DNA of 64,000 bases. Origin: Tubiluchus corallicola (lineage: Eukaryota; Animalia; Priapulida). Where the stretch lies: contig JAQGDQ010002385.1 in NCBI GenBank assembly GCA_030141605.1, forward strand, positions 124,001 through 188,000, read 5' to 3'. This document shows positions 29,748 through 40,354 of the stretch, in pieces. The translations under genes and the position numbers were made by a program. Every line of letters begins with the position of its first letter. Position 1 is the first letter of the stretch. The notes under the pieces were generated by a model. That model was not told the DNA's origin. It worked only from the letters and a program-made list of their open reading frames with translations, and searched no databases.

Positions 29748-32414
29748 TTAATCCTGTAATGCGGAAAGACGCGATAAAGCGCACGAAAAATGCTCCAGAG
29801 ATTGTTGATCATCCGCAAGACGACTCCGCTGCAAAGCAATAACATCCTCGGGAGCACGCGATAAAAACGCCTCATTAGAAAGCGTCTTCTTTGCCTTATC
29901 AATCTCTTTCTCCAAACGAGCAATACTCTTTTTCAACCGCGCCTTCTCCTGTCTTATATCAACAACATCAGCAATGCCAATCCCTACCGTCATTCCATCA
30001 AAAACATCTGAAACATATCCGGGCGGCAAAAGTGAACCCGCCTGCAGAATCCGAACATCCTCAAGGCGCGCCAGTGGCAAAATATATGAGCGATTCTCCT
30101 CAAACCATTCCTGAATCTCTGAAAAAGACCCTTCACTGATTAAAATAACAGGAACAAACGCACCAGGCGGAACGGAAACCGCCGACCGTAACGCCCGAAT
30201 AACAGAAATAAAACGAATCGCTTTCTCAATAGACTCATAAGCGCTTTCATCCTCTAAAACAGTAATAGACGGCCAAGAAGATGATATTAATAACATCTCT
30301 CCATTTCCCATCTGCCGATTTAACTCCTCTGTCACAAACGGCATCCATGGATGTAAAAAACGCAGCAAACTAGAAAGAGCCCAGCCCGCCGCCATACGAG
30401 TCTCCTGGCGCTCTGCTTCAGTGCCATTTTGTAAAACAGGCTTTATAAACTCTAAATACCAGTCACAAAATGTCCCCCAGATAAAATGATATAGTTTTGA
30501 CGCGCTTTCATCAAAACGATAGCTCTCCATCGATTTTTCAAGATCACGCTGCAAATAGGACAGGCTCATCACCATCCATTTGTTAATAGAAAGCGAAAAA
30601 TTAACCGCCTCACTATCCGGCTGCAGAAAACAAGAATTCATATGACAAAAACGAGCTGCGTTCCAAAGCTTCGTCGTAAAATTCCTATATCCCTCAATAA
30701 CAGAAACCGATAAACGAACATCCCGACCAGGCGCAGCTAACGCCGATAACGTAAACCGTACCGCATCCGCACCATATGTATCAATCAATACCAGAGGGTC
30801 AATTACATTCCCTTTGGATTTCGACATCTTATGGCCATGCTCATCCCGAACCAGAGCATGAATATAAACGGTCTCAAAAGGAACCTCATCCATAAACTCC
30901 ATGCCCATCATTACCATACGAGCAACCCAGAAAAAAATAATATCAAATCCCGTTACCAAAACCGATGTTGGATAATAACGCTTTAAAACCTCTGTCTCCT
31001 GTGGCCAGCCCAATGTCGTAAATGGCCACAAAGACGACGAGAACCATGTATCTAAAACATCTGAATCCTGCCTTAGTTCAACCTCATATCCATAATGCCG
31101 CCGCGCCGCATCGTGGGCCTCTTCCTCGGTCATCTCACAGAAAATAGTGCCATCAGGACCATACCAAACAGGAATTCTATGGCCCCACCAAAGCTGACGA
31201 GAAATACACCAAGGCTGAATATTATTCATCCACTCAAAATACGTATTCTTCCAATTATCTGGAACAAAACGCGTTTTCCCTGTCTCAACAACATCAATCG
31301 CGCGCTTCGCAAGCTCGTACGCATCGACAAACCACTGATCCATAAGCCAAGGCTCAATAATAACGCCCGAACGATCCCCGACAGGAATCGTCATCAGATA
31401 ATCCTGAACATCCGCAAGAAAACCAAGCGACTCCATACATTCAACAGCTTTCTGACGCGCTTCCTCACGCCCCATCCCCGCAAACGCCTCTGGAACAAAA
31501 TCTCCCGACAAATTACCATGGCAATCAAAAATATTAATAAGCGCTAAATCATGACGCTTACCAACTTCAAAATCATTAAAATCATGCGCTGGCGTAATCT
31601 TCACAGCACCAGTTCCCTTCTCAGGATCCGCATGCTCATCCAAAATAATCGGAATAAAACGATCAGAAATCGGCAGTAAAACACGCTTCCCATGAAGAAA
31701 CTTATAGCGCTCATCATCCGGATGAACCGCAACCGCAGAATCCCCAAACATCGTCTCAGGGCGAGTCGTCGCAACCGTAACATAAACACCCTCCTCACCC
31801 TCAACAGGATAACGAAAATGCCACATACGACCATTAACCTCCTGTTGCTCTACCTCCAGGTCAGAAATCGCCGTCTGTAACTTTATATCCCAGTTAACAA
31901 GACGCTTGTCACGATAAATCAATCCCTTTTTATATAAAGAAACAAAAACCTTCAAAACAGCAAAAGAAAGATCCTCATCCATTGTAAAGCGCTCCCGAGA
32001 CCAGTCCGCTGACGCTCCAAGGCGGTGCAACTGATGAAGAATATGCCCTCCAGATTGAGACTTCCACTCCCAAACACGATCCACAAAAGCCTCCCGACCT
32101 AAATCATGGCGAGATAAACCCTCCTGCTCTAGCTGACGCTCCACAACCATCTGAGTGGCTATACCCGCATGATCAATACCCGGCTGCCACAAAACATCCT
32201 TGCCCAATAAACGATGATACCGAATCAAAATATCCTGCAACGTAAATGTTAACGCATGACCAATATGTAAACTCCCCGTTACATTAGGCGGCGGAAACAT
32301 TATACAATAAGGCTTATGCTCAGAATCAGGATCACAACAAAATGCTCCCGACTCTTCCCACAATTTGTAAATCTCACCCTCAATCGCATGCGGTCTGTAT
32401 TTCTTGTCAAACAT
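29748..32414 (-). CDS. valS: Valine--tRNA ligase
   Basis: PPPNVTGSLHIGH, DVLDTWFSS and KMSKSKGN. ATG 32414 (MFDKKY) preferred over 32447. Confidence 0.98.
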   Translation of the reverse strand: MFDKKYRPHAIEGEIYKLWEESGAFCCDPDSEHKPYCIMFPPPNVTGSLHIGHALTFTLQDILIRYHRLLGKDVLWQPGIDHAGIATQMVVERQLEQEGLSRHDLGREAFVDRVWEWKSQSGGHILHQLHRLGASADWSRERFTMDEDLSFAVLKVFVSLYKKGLIYRDKRLVNWDIKLQTAISDLEVEQQEVNGRMWHFRYPVEGEEGVYVTVATTRPETMFGDSAVAVHPDDERYKFLHGKRVLLPISDRFIPIILDEHADPEKGTGAVKITPAHDFNDFEVGKRHDLALINIFDCHGNLSGDFVPEAFAGMGREEARQKAVECMESLGFLADVQDYLMTIPVGDRSGVIIEPWLMDQWFVDAYELAKRAIDVVETGKTRFVPDNWKNTYFEWMNNIQPWCISRQLWWGHRIPVWYGPDGTIFCEMTEEEAHDAARRHYGYEVELRQDSDVLDTWFSSSLWPFTTLGWPQETEVLKRYYPTSVLVTGFDIIFFWVARMVMMGMEFMDEVPFETVYIHALVRDEHGHKMSKSKGNVIDPLVLIDTYGADAVRFTLSALAAPGRDVRLSVSVIEGYRNFTTKLWNAARFCHMNSCFLQPDSEAVNFSLSINKWMVMSLSYLQRDLEKSMESYRFDESASKLYHFIWGTFCDWYLEFIKPVLQNGTEAERQETRMAAGWALSSLLRFLHPWMPFVTEELNRQMGNGEMLLISSSWPSITVLEDESAYESIEKAIRFISVIRALRSAVSVPPGAFVPVILISEGSFSEIQEWFEENRSYILPLARLEDVRILQAGSLLPPGYVSDVFDGMTVGIGIADVVDIRQEKARLKKSIARLEKEIDKAKKTLSNEAFLSRAPEDVIALQRSRLADDQQSLEHFSCALSRLSALQD

Positions 32415-32463
32415 AACTCTATCTCTTTTCGCTCTCTTTAAAATCATCTATTAAGCAAAAAGC

Positions 32464-32490
32464 AAAAAAGGGTAAACACAATATTTACCC
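32464..32490 (-). terminator. Probable Rho-independent terminator between tolC and valS
   Basis: Minus strand GGGTAAA-tattgtg-TTTACCC followed by T6. Confidence 0.55.
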
Positions 32491-32593
32491 CTTTAAGCAG
32501 CTTTATAAAATAAGCAAACAGCTCATCCCCAATCTGAAGGAATATTCTTTCTCAGTAGAAGAAGTATTATACCATTTTCTCCCAATAAAAAAT

Positions 32594-33961
32594 CTACTCC
32601 CTTGTAATTCCTCCACCAATAAGACGGCGACGCGTCTTTTGATAACGTTCCTCAATATTATAAATCTCTACAGGCAAATCAAAAGAAACCGCCGTTAAAT
32701 CACCATACAAAGATTTTAAAGTATATAATGTAACTAACTCTAGACGCTTCGCCTTCACAAGCGTAACGCGCGCGTCCAAAAGCTCCTTTTCCGCGTCTAA
32801 TACATCCAAAACCGTACGAGTCCCAACACTCTCCTCTTGCCGAACGCCCTCAAGAGCAAGCGCGCTCGCCTGTATCTGAACCTCAATCGCTGAAATCGAT
32901 GCGCGAACCGCCGTTAAATTATCCCAAGCCTGAGAAGCTTGCTCCACAACTGAGCGGCGCGTGGAATCCAAAATCCGCTTCTGCTCCTCAATAGCGTAGC
33001 GCGTCTCTCGAATATTCGACCATTCTCCGCCCCCTTGCCATAAGGGAATGTCAACAGAAATCTTCACTTCCGACGCTACACGCTGATCCAACGATGCAGA
33101 AGGGTCCTTATAATGCCCCCAGCTCGCATCCAGATTTACCTCAGGACGGACAATTGAGCGTGTCGCCTCTGATTGTTTCTCCGCTATCGTTAAAGCATGA
33201 TGCGCCGCAAGAAAAGAGGGATTACTCTTTAACGACTTATCAATCAACTCCTCACGAGTCGACGGAATATCACTCGGCGGTGAAATCGCCTTAAGATCAT
33301 GCGGCGCTAACCCTGTCACACTCTCAAAATGAGATTGCGAAATCTGCAAAACCCCTTCATCCTGAATGCGAGCAGAACGCGCGCCCGCAAAGCGAGCTTC
33401 CGCCTGCCGAACATCCGTATTCGTAACATCGCCAACAGTAAAACGATCCCGAACCGCTTCATAATGGCGCTGCAAAACACGCTCGTTCTTTCTCGCTAAC
33501 TCCACAACAGACATATTCTGCAATATATCCGCAAACGAAGATATCACATCCAAAAAAACACGTTGCTCTTCTGAATGTAGCTGAACGCGCTGAAGATAAA
33601 CGCCTTCTTCCGCCACGGCTGTCAAAGCGACGGTTTGCCCTCCCTTATACAAATTCTGACGAGCGCGAACCCCTACCGCTAGCGGCTCTGTATCAACAGC
33701 CGATCCCGGGCGCGGGCTATCATGATTTAAAGCCGCTGAAGAAAAAAGAGAAACCGAAGGACGCCACCCAGAAAAAGCCTGCGGAACTTTCTCGTCCGCA
33801 ATATCTAAACGAACACGCGCAGCATTCAAATCAGGGTTTGTCTGATAAACATGAGAAAGAACATCCTCCAAAGACTGAGACTGAACACCCATAGGGAATA
33901 AAAGTCCAACAAAAAAAATCAAACATGTCCCATATCTGTATTGGCAGAATTTTCGTATCAT
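32594..33961 (-). CDS. tolC: TolC-family outer membrane efflux protein
   Basis: Signal peptide, NPDLNAAR, RFTVGDVTNTDV and VGTRTVLDVLDAE; conserved pcm-tolC context. Confidence 0.93.
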   Translation of the reverse strand: MIRKFCQYRYGTCLIFFVGLLFPMGVQSQSLEDVLSHVYQTNPDLNAARVRLDIADEKVPQAFSGWRPSVSLFSSAALNHDSPRPGSAVDTEPLAVGVRARQNLYKGGQTVALTAVAEEGVYLQRVQLHSEEQRVFLDVISSFADILQNMSVVELARKNERVLQRHYEAVRDRFTVGDVTNTDVRQAEARFAGARSARIQDEGVLQISQSHFESVTGLAPHDLKAISPPSDIPSTREELIDKSLKSNPSFLAAHHALTIAEKQSEATRSIVRPEVNLDASWGHYKDPSASLDQRVASEVKISVDIPLWQGGGEWSNIRETRYAIEEQKRILDSTRRSVVEQASQAWDNLTAVRASISAIEVQIQASALALEGVRQEESVGTRTVLDVLDAEKELLDARVTLVKAKRLELVTLYTLKSLYGDLTAVSFDLPVEIYNIEERYQKTRRRLIGGGITRE

Positions 33962-33972
33962 AACATCTCCTC

Positions 33973-34623
33973 TTAAAATGAAAACTTAGAAACCTCTGGA
34001 AACATTGGAAGAAAAGCAGCAACGCCATCAAAAGCTTCTTCACGTGTCAAATGGCCATCATGTTTCGTCACAACAATTCCCTTGCCCGCGGCATCATTCC
34101 GTAAAATCGTAACTAAGCGACCCAAATTATCTAAACGATGACAATAGATATCCGGAACCTGCCGTACAGCCCCATTAATCAAAATAACATCAAAAAGCTG
34201 CCCCTCGGAGAGCCCTTCCGAGAACTTTCCCTGAACAACCGAAACATTATTAATTTCCGCCTTTTCTAAACGCTTAAGCGTCTGCTCAAAAATATAGTCA
34301 TCCTCCTCCAGAAGCGTAATATGACTCGCAAAATAAGAAAAAACAGCCGCCGAATAACCAAAGTCCGACCCTACAATCAAAACGCGACCCTCTATCTCTA
34401 CACGCGCAGCCTGAACCAATGAAGCAAAAACACGCGGCTCTAAAATAAATCGACCCGGCGCAATCTCTAAAGCGCGATCAACATACGCGGCCATTCTATA
34501 AGAAGCCGAAACATACTCTTCCCTAGGAACACGCGCGATCGCATCAATAACAACAAGATCAACAACACGCACAGCACGTATCTGATTATCAATCATATTG
34601 CGGCGAGCAATACTGAAATCCAT
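33973..34623 (-). CDS. pcm: Protein-L-isoaspartate O-methyltransferase homologue
   Basis: ARRNMIDNQIR, VPREEYV and FDVILINGAV; located upstream of tolC. Confidence 0.88.
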   Translation of the reverse strand: MDFSIARRNMIDNQIRAVRVVDLVVIDAIARVPREEYVSASYRMAAYVDRALEIAPGRFILEPRVFASLVQAARVEIEGRVLIVGSDFGYSAAVFSYFASHITLLEEDDYIFEQTLKRLEKAEINNVSVVQGKFSEGLSEGQLFDVILINGAVRQVPDIYCHRLDNLGRLVTILRNDAAGKGIVVTKHDGHLTREEAFDGVAAFLPMFPEVSKFSF

Positions 34624-34800
34624 GCTTATGAACTCCTTTCCAATAAAAAACAGATTCTACTCTTCTGTAAATCGTACATTATTGTTATATGCTAAAGTAT
34701 AAACAATCAATTGATAAAATCAACAAATCCTTTTTTCTTAGCGGATTTTTCTTGACCTTCGTACGATTAAAATATAGTCTCGTTCCTATCAATGCAAAAT

Positions 34801-34874
34801 GGCGTGGTGGCGGAGTGGCTACGCAGCGGCCTGCAAAGCCGTGGACACCGGTTCAAATCCGGTCCACGCCTCCA
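34801..34874 (+). tRNA. tRNA-Cys(GCA)
   Basis: Acceptor stem GGCGTGG/CCACGCC, anticodon arm GCGGC-CTGCAAA-GCCGT, T-loop GGTTCAAATCC, U73 and encoded CCA. Confidence 0.97.
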
Positions 34875-34924
34875 TTATCTTCCCAACTCACGTAAAAAAT
34901 CTTTCTCATTAAAATAATCAATAT

Positions 34925-35854
34925 CTAACTCGCCCGTGAAATATCCTCATCCTTGCGCTTATGACGCTTTCTTAGCACAACATTCGCTGTTGAAATAATC
35001 AAACCAAGCCAGATAAAAATAAACGCAACTAACTGAAAAAAATAAAATGGCTCCTTATACGCGAAAATCGCCAAAAGAAACTGTAACGACGGGCCAAGCC
35101 AGGAAAGAAAACCTATCAAAACTAAAAAAACACGCTTCGCACCAGCCGCAAACAAAAATAACGGAAAAACAGAAACAAGACCCGTGATCATAAACATAAA
35201 TTTCGTCGATAAAGCGCTATCAAAAAATACGCCTGTTCCCTGAACCTCCAGAAAAGATAACCATATCATCGCAAAAGGCAAAAGCAAAAGAGTCTCTATA
35301 CATAAAGAAACCTGAGACGATATTTTTTCCTTCTTCTTAATAAGCCCGTAAAAATTAAATGTCAAAGCCAGCATAAACCCAAAAAACGGAAAAGATCCCA
35401 CATTATACGCAAACCATACAACCCCTGTGAGAGAAATAAAAATCGCACACTGATCCGCCCTGCATAACCTCTCTTTAAAAAAAACAACCCCTGTAAGAAT
35501 CTGAAGCAAAGGAAGAATATAATAACCCAACGCCGCCTCAAGAACATTCCCTTGCGAAAGAAGATAAATATAACAACCCCAGTTAAGCGCTATTAAAAAC
35601 GCCGTTAGAAAAAGAGTCCCTAGCAACTTCCATTGAAAGATAATCTGCTTTACATACTTTATCTCCCCCGATAAAAAAAGAAAAAAACATAAAAAACATG
35701 CCGCCCATAAAATTCTATGCGCCAATAATTCTATATTCTGAGCCATATAAAGCTCTTTTAAAAAAACAGGCATTATACCCCAGAATAATTGAGCTAAAAC
35801 AATATAAAAAGCCCCAACAACAGCAGGAGAAATCAACGCATTATCCCGGTGCAT
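34925..35854 (-). CDS. rarD: RarD (EamA/DMT family) transporter
   Basis: WGIMPVF, ELLAHRILW, LNWGCYI, EAALGYYILPL and FYGLIKK. Confidence 0.9.
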   Translation of the reverse strand: MHRDNALISPAVVGAFYIVLAQLFWGIMPVFLKELYMAQNIELLAHRILWAACFLCFFLFLSGEIKYVKQIIFQWKLLGTLFLTAFLIALNWGCYIYLLSQGNVLEAALGYYILPLLQILTGVVFFKERLCRADQCAIFISLTGVVWFAYNVGSFPFFGFMLALTFNFYGLIKKKEKISSQVSLCIETLLLLPFAMIWLSFLEVQGTGVFFDSALSTKFMFMITGLVSVFPLFLFAAGAKRVFLVLIGFLSWLGPSLQFLLAIFAYKEPFYFFQLVAFIFIWLGLIISTANVVLRKRHKRKDEDISRAS

Positions 35855-35925
35855 GAAAATAATTCTCCCCTATACAATAATTCAACATTATACCCTTCAG
35901 AAAAAATAAAAACCGCCAAAAGAAG

Positions 35926-37239
35926 TTATACTTTTCGCAAACGCATAGCAAAAAATCCATCCATTCCTCCCTTTTCCAAAAAGAAAAAAGGAAAACTCCT
36001 CATACACCCTTGTGCGTTTATCATATCTTTATAGCCATAAACCTCTTCCAAACTCAACGGAATAAGCTCAAAAGGCCAATCATCATATTCTTGTAAAATA
36101 CGCAAGTGATCTTCTCCCTCCTCACGAAATAAAGAACATACACAATAAATAACATATCCTCCAGGCTTCACCATCTCCGCAGCAGCGTATAATAATCTCT
36201 TTTGTAGCTCTACAAGTGTACAAGCAGCCCCTTTCTCCTTAACCCAACTTCCCTCAGGATGACGCCTTAGCGTTCCGCTCGCAGAGCAAGGTGCATCCAG
36301 AAAAACACCATCAGCCAAATCATCAGGGCGCCATACACACGCGTCCCCTAAAACGCTGTCAACAGAATCACAAAGATCTAAGCGGGCAATATTCTCCTGT
36401 AAACGATCCAAACGATCCGCTGAAGAATCAACCGCAATAACATGCGCTCCCTTCTTCGCGAAAACAGCCGTCTTGCCCCCTGGCGCCGCACATAAATCTA
36501 TAATTGTCTTCCCCTCTAAAGAAAAAGGAAAAAAATGCGCCGGTAACGAAGCCGCGCTATCTTGAACCCACCATTTTCCTTCCTTATAGCCCTCTAAAGC
36601 AGCTACATCATCAACCCGACGTAAAAAGCGCAAATGCCACGGGAAAAACGCCTCCGAATCCCTCTGTAGCGCCACGCGAACCTTATCATCCTCATGAGCG
36701 AAAATCGTAATATCAAGCGGAGCCTCCCGACAACAGGCTCGTGCAATCTTACGGCTTTTCTCCTCCCCCCAGTCCTGCACTAGATGATCTCGTAACCAAG
36801 CCGGAAAACATAAGAGCTCTAAACTCTCTAAACTCTCCAAGCAAACATCTCTATCACGATCAACCTGTCTGAGAACCGCGTTCACAAAACGCACCGCAAA
36901 TCCATGACCAGATCTCTTAACCTGCTCAACAGCACAATCAATCGCCGCATAAGAAGGAACACGCAAAAATAAAATCTGACAGACAGAAAGACGCAAAATA
37001 TTATAAATAACAGGCTTCGGCTTCTTCTTAAGACGCTGGTTAACAATAAAATCAATATAACCTAAATAACGAAATGTCGTGAAAAGAAGAGAAAAACAAA
37101 AACGCTGCTCCCGCAACGATAAAGCTGAAAGAGAATCCCTATGCCAATGAAACGCCTCTGGAAGAAATTGCCGCTTGGATAAAACTCGCTCAAAAATTTC
37201 AAGCGCACACTGCCGTGCCCTGAGATCACCCTTCTTCAT
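35926..37239 (-). CDS. rsmB: 16S rRNA m5C967 methyltransferase RsmB/Sun
   Basis: NusB-like N-domain (FVNAVLR), [23 protein letters not shown] and YCVCS. Confidence 0.92.
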   Translation of the reverse strand: MKKGDLRARQCALEIFERVLSKRQFLPEAFHWHRDSLSALSLREQRFCFSLLFTTFRYLGYIDFIVNQRLKKKPKPVIYNILRLSVCQILFLRVPSYAAIDCAVEQVKRSGHGFAVRFVNAVLRQVDRDRDVCLESLESLELLCFPAWLRDHLVQDWGEEKSRKIARACCREAPLDITIFAHEDDKVRVALQRDSEAFFPWHLRFLRRVDDVAALEGYKEGKWWVQDSAASLPAHFFPFSLEGKTIIDLCAAPGGKTAVFAKKGAHVIAVDSSADRLDRLQENIARLDLCDSVDSVLGDACVWRPDDLADGVFLDAPCSASGTLRRHPEGSWVKEKGAACTLVELQKRLLYAAAEMVKPGGYVIYCVCSLFREEGEDHLRILQEYDDWPFELIPLSLEEVYGYKDMINAQGCMRSFPFFFLEKGGMDGFFAMRLRKV

Positions 37240-38147
37240 TCTTCAGAAGTCTTGCCGGCTCTGGAAGCGGAAGAAGAACGACGAAAAGAAGAATCATCAC
37301 TCTCAGAAGAAAAAAACTGCGCCTGCTGTTGCAAACGATGAATACGATTCGCTGTCCTAGGATGCGTTGAAAATAAAGCATCCGCTCCCTCATTATGCAA
37401 CGGATTAATAATAAATACATGCGCACTGGCAGGATGGCGTTCCGCACGTTCACTTCGCAAACGATGTCCCTCCTCCAAACGAGCAAGTGCACTCGCCAGA
37501 TAAAGAGGGTTTCCGCAAATCTCTCCCCCTGTCTGATCCGCCTGGTATTCACGCGTACGTGAAATCGCCATCTGAACAATCGCCGCTGCCATAGGCGCAA
37601 AAATCATCAGCAAAAACATACCGATAAAACCACCGCTACGACGAGATCCTCCCAGAAAAAAAGCAAAATTAGCCAGCATGGAAAGAGCTCCCGCCAACGT
37701 CGCTGTCACCGTCATAATCAACGTATCGCGATTTTTAATATGCGCTAACTCGTGTGCGATCACTCCCGAAAGTTCCTCACGCGATAACATGCGCATAAGG
37801 CCTGTCGTGACAGCGACCGCCCCTTGCTCTGGGCTGCGACCCGTCGCAAACGCATTAGGCTGCTCCATATCAATACAATATAAACGCGGCATAGGCAGAG
37901 AAGCACGCTCGCTCAGCTGCGAAACAAGAGCATAAAGCGCAGGAGCATCCTTCTCTTCCAAAGGAGAAGCTCTATACGCCTTTAAAATCATATCTCCTGA
38001 ATTCCACCAGGCAACGATATTCATTATAGAAGCCAGCAATAGCGCAAAAACCATGCCTCCAGCTCCTCCTAAAAGAAAACCCGCAAAACCAAAAATCGCC
38101 GTCATAGCAGACAACAAAATCAATGTCTTCATAAAAACGTGATTCAT
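37236..38147 (-). CDS. htpX: Zinc metalloprotease HtpX
   Basis: [20 protein letters not shown] and FSTHP. Confidence 0.96.
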   Translation of the reverse strand: MNHVFMKTLILLSAMTAIFGFAGFLLGGAGGMVFALLLASIMNIVAWWNSGDMILKAYRASPLEEKDAPALYALVSQLSERASLPMPRLYCIDMEQPNAFATGRSPEQGAVAVTTGLMRMLSREELSGVIAHELAHIKNRDTLIMTVTATLAGALSMLANFAFFLGGSRRSGGFIGMFLLMIFAPMAAAIVQMAISRTREYQADQTGGEICGNPLYLASALARLEEGHRLRSERAERHPASAHVFIINPLHNEGADALFSTHPRTANRIHRLQQQAQFFSSESDDSSFRRSSSASRAGKTSEE

Positions 38148-38183
38148 GACCCTTGTCCCCAATTTCTCATTAATATCTTTACT

Positions 38184-38312
38184 CTAAAGAACATTCTGCA
38201 TAAAAATATTCATCGTGGCTTCCTTCTCCAGCACAGGCGCCGGTAAACCCGACCGACCACAAGACGACAAAAATAAACAGACCAGCATTACAACCATACA
38301 AGTCGATTTCAT
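38184..38312 (-). CDS. Small 42-aa lipoprotein (LptM/YifL-like lipobox)
   Basis: Manual translation MKSTCMVVMLVCLFLSS-CGRSGLPAPVLEKEATMNIFMQNVL; AAGGTGGA RBS; below the ORF-track cut-off. Confidence 0.65.
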   Translation of the reverse strand: MKSTCMVVMLVCLFLSSCGRSGLPAPVLEKEATMNIFMQNVL

Positions 38313-38338
38313 CAATTCCACCTTCTCTCTCTAGCTCA

Positions 38339-40069
38339 TCACCAGCCAACTAAACGAACCAAGATAACAATAATTAACATAACAATCGCAAAAATCGACA
38401 TTAAGCCCGCTGTCTGCGCGTTTTTAAAATAAATCAAAATCTTATCCGGCGATGTGATCCCATAAAAAACCGGTAAAACGCACCAGCGCATAAACCATAT
38501 CTTCTCGCCAGACCACCAGCGAGCAACAGAACGCGCCTTCAAAGAAACAAATTGATATCCGAAATCCCTCCAGAAAATATCCCAGTCAAGCGATCGACTC
38601 TTTATCCGAGGAATATAAGAACGCAATAAAAGATAAATAAACGCTCCTCCTAAAATAAGCTGCATCTTATGAAGAACATGAAAAAATGTATAAGTCTTAT
38701 ATTCGATGGAATAAGGAAGTAAACTGTATAAAAATGACGGGCTCCATCCAAATACAATACATAAAACCGCTAATAATAGCATCGCAATTTTCATCGAAAG
38801 CGCTATGGATCCACGTGGCGCCGGATTGCCTTCACGTTCCTTATCATACGAAAAAAACACCTCCAAAGGGTAACGCAAGCCAGAATGAAGAGCCATGCCA
38901 GCAGAACCCGCTATCAAAACAAGCCAAACCCACTGAAACATTCCTTCCGCTGCCGCCGATATCATCAACGATTTTGTCACAAAACCTGACGTAAGCGGCA
39001 AAGCCGCGCTTGTCACGGCACCAATAATCGCCATCACCGCGACAAAAGGCATAGAATTATAAAGAACTGACGGAAGCTCATCAAAATTTCGTTTTCCCGT
39101 CAAGTCCATCACAGCGCCAGAGGTCATAAATAAAAGACCTTTATAAGAAATATGCACAAAAGCATGCGCGCACGCTCCCGCAATCGCCAACGGAGATCCT
39201 ATACCCGCAGAAACGACCATAAAACCAACTTGGTTAACAAGAGAATAGGCCAAAATACGCCGATAATCGACTTCTATCAACGCGTAAACCATCCCATAGA
39301 CGATCATATAAGACCCAATCCACAATAAAACTGTCTCCCCAGGAAAACAAAGTAATAAGAAAAACACCGCCGTCTTTGTCGTAAAAGCCGATAGAAAAAT
39401 CGCCCCGCTTGACGACGATTCAGGGTAGGCATCAGGAAGCCAAGCCGAAAAAGGAGGCGCTGCCGCATTAATTAAAACACCCGCCAAAATTAACCAGCCC
39501 GCAAAACCCTCCAGAGAAATCCGCATAATATCAGCAGTCTGCTGCTCTGTTACCCAGGCAATAATCCCTATCATCAATAATACACCCCCTAAAAGATGTA
39601 TCATAATATAACGCATCGCCGCCATCCGACTGGATGCCTGAGATGAAGACCATAAAATCAACGTCGAGCCAACAGCCATTAACTCCCAGAAAATAAACAG
39701 CGTAATAAAATCACCCGCAAAAATAACACCAAGTGCACTCCCTCCATAAAATAACGACGCAATAACCTCAAAATTACACTTCCTCGATAAACCATAAAGA
39801 CACCCGGAAATCATCGCAATAGTAAAAATCGCCGCAAACGGAAGCGATAAAGAATGTACATAAAAAAAAGAAAGAGAATAGTCTAACCATTGAAAACTAA
39901 TAAACGCCGTATCAACAGGAAGATCCCAAATATACACAACAATATAAAAAAACACTACAAGCGGAAGACTAACTGTCACAACAGGGCGCCAAACCTTCGG
40001 ACATACAGAAAGTAAAATACTCCCCAATATAACCACAAACGCAGGCGGAAAAACAAAAGAAGATATCAC
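38339..40069 (-). CDS. mrpD: Mrp Na+/H+ antiporter subunit D/A-like (proton-translocating module)
   Basis: FIFWELMA, WLPDAYPES, SAFTTKTA and SLVNQVGFM. GTG 40069 with GAGGAG RBS overlaps the upstream stop. Confidence 0.88.
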   Translation of the reverse strand: MISSFVFPPAFVVILGSILLSVCPKVWRPVVTVSLPLVVFFYIVVYIWDLPVDTAFISFQWLDYSLSFFYVHSLSLPFAAIFTIAMISGCLYGLSRKCNFEVIASLFYGGSALGVIFAGDFITLFIFWELMAVGSTLILWSSSQASSRMAAMRYIMIHLLGGVLLMIGIIAWVTEQQTADIMRISLEGFAGWLILAGVLINAAAPPFSAWLPDAYPESSSSGAIFLSAFTTKTAVFFLLLCFPGETVLLWIGSYMIVYGMVYALIEVDYRRILAYSLVNQVGFMVVSAGIGSPLAIAGACAHAFVHISYKGLLFMTSGAVMDLTGKRNFDELPSVLYNSMPFVAVMAIIGAVTSAALPLTSGFVTKSLMISAAAEGMFQWVWLVLIAGSAGMALHSGLRYPLEVFFSYDKEREGNPAPRGSIALSMKIAMLLLAVLCIVFGWSPSFLYSLLPYSIEYKTYTFFHVLHKMQLILGGAFIYLLLRSYIPRIKSRSLDWDIFWRDFGYQFVSLKARSVARWWSGEKIWFMRWCVLPVFYGITSPDKILIYFKNAQTAGLMSIFAIVMLIIVILVRLVGW

Positions 40070-40347
40070 GATAACTCCTCCTTCCCATACAAACATCCCC
40101 CATTACCAGGCTTGATAATAAAAGCAATACGCCAGGAAAACAAAAAAAAGAAAAGAGCCATAAATATACTGTAAATAACATAAAACCAAGGAAAATTATC
40201 AATAGTAAAATAAGGAGAAACAGCAATAAAAAATTCCAGAATAACCACCTCCGCTAACAAAAATGCCGTAAGCCTAAACCAAGGATGATTGTCCCTCAAT
40301 AAAGGAGTATTACCCCTCTTTTTCCGCCTTCTTTTATCGTTTTTCAT
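40066..40347 (-). CDS. Small membrane protein within the mrp operon
   Basis: Two hydrophobic segments, FPWFY motif, translational coupling to neighbours. Confidence 0.7.
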   Translation of the reverse strand: MKNDKRRRKKRGNTPLLRDNHPWFRLTAFLLAEVVILEFFIAVSPYFTIDNFPWFYVIYSIFMALFFFLFSWRIAFIIKPGNGGCLYGKEELS

Positions 40348-40354
40348 CGCTCCC

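Noticed and set aside
34711-34723. FNR-like box TTGAT-aaa-ATCAA between pcm and tRNA-Cys
   Set aside because: The spacer is 3 bp rather than the required 4.
34689-34895. 68-aa ORF, or an integrated element at the tRNA
   Set aside because: The ORF simply overlaps tRNA-Cys. No integrase or duplicated tRNA 3' end was seen.
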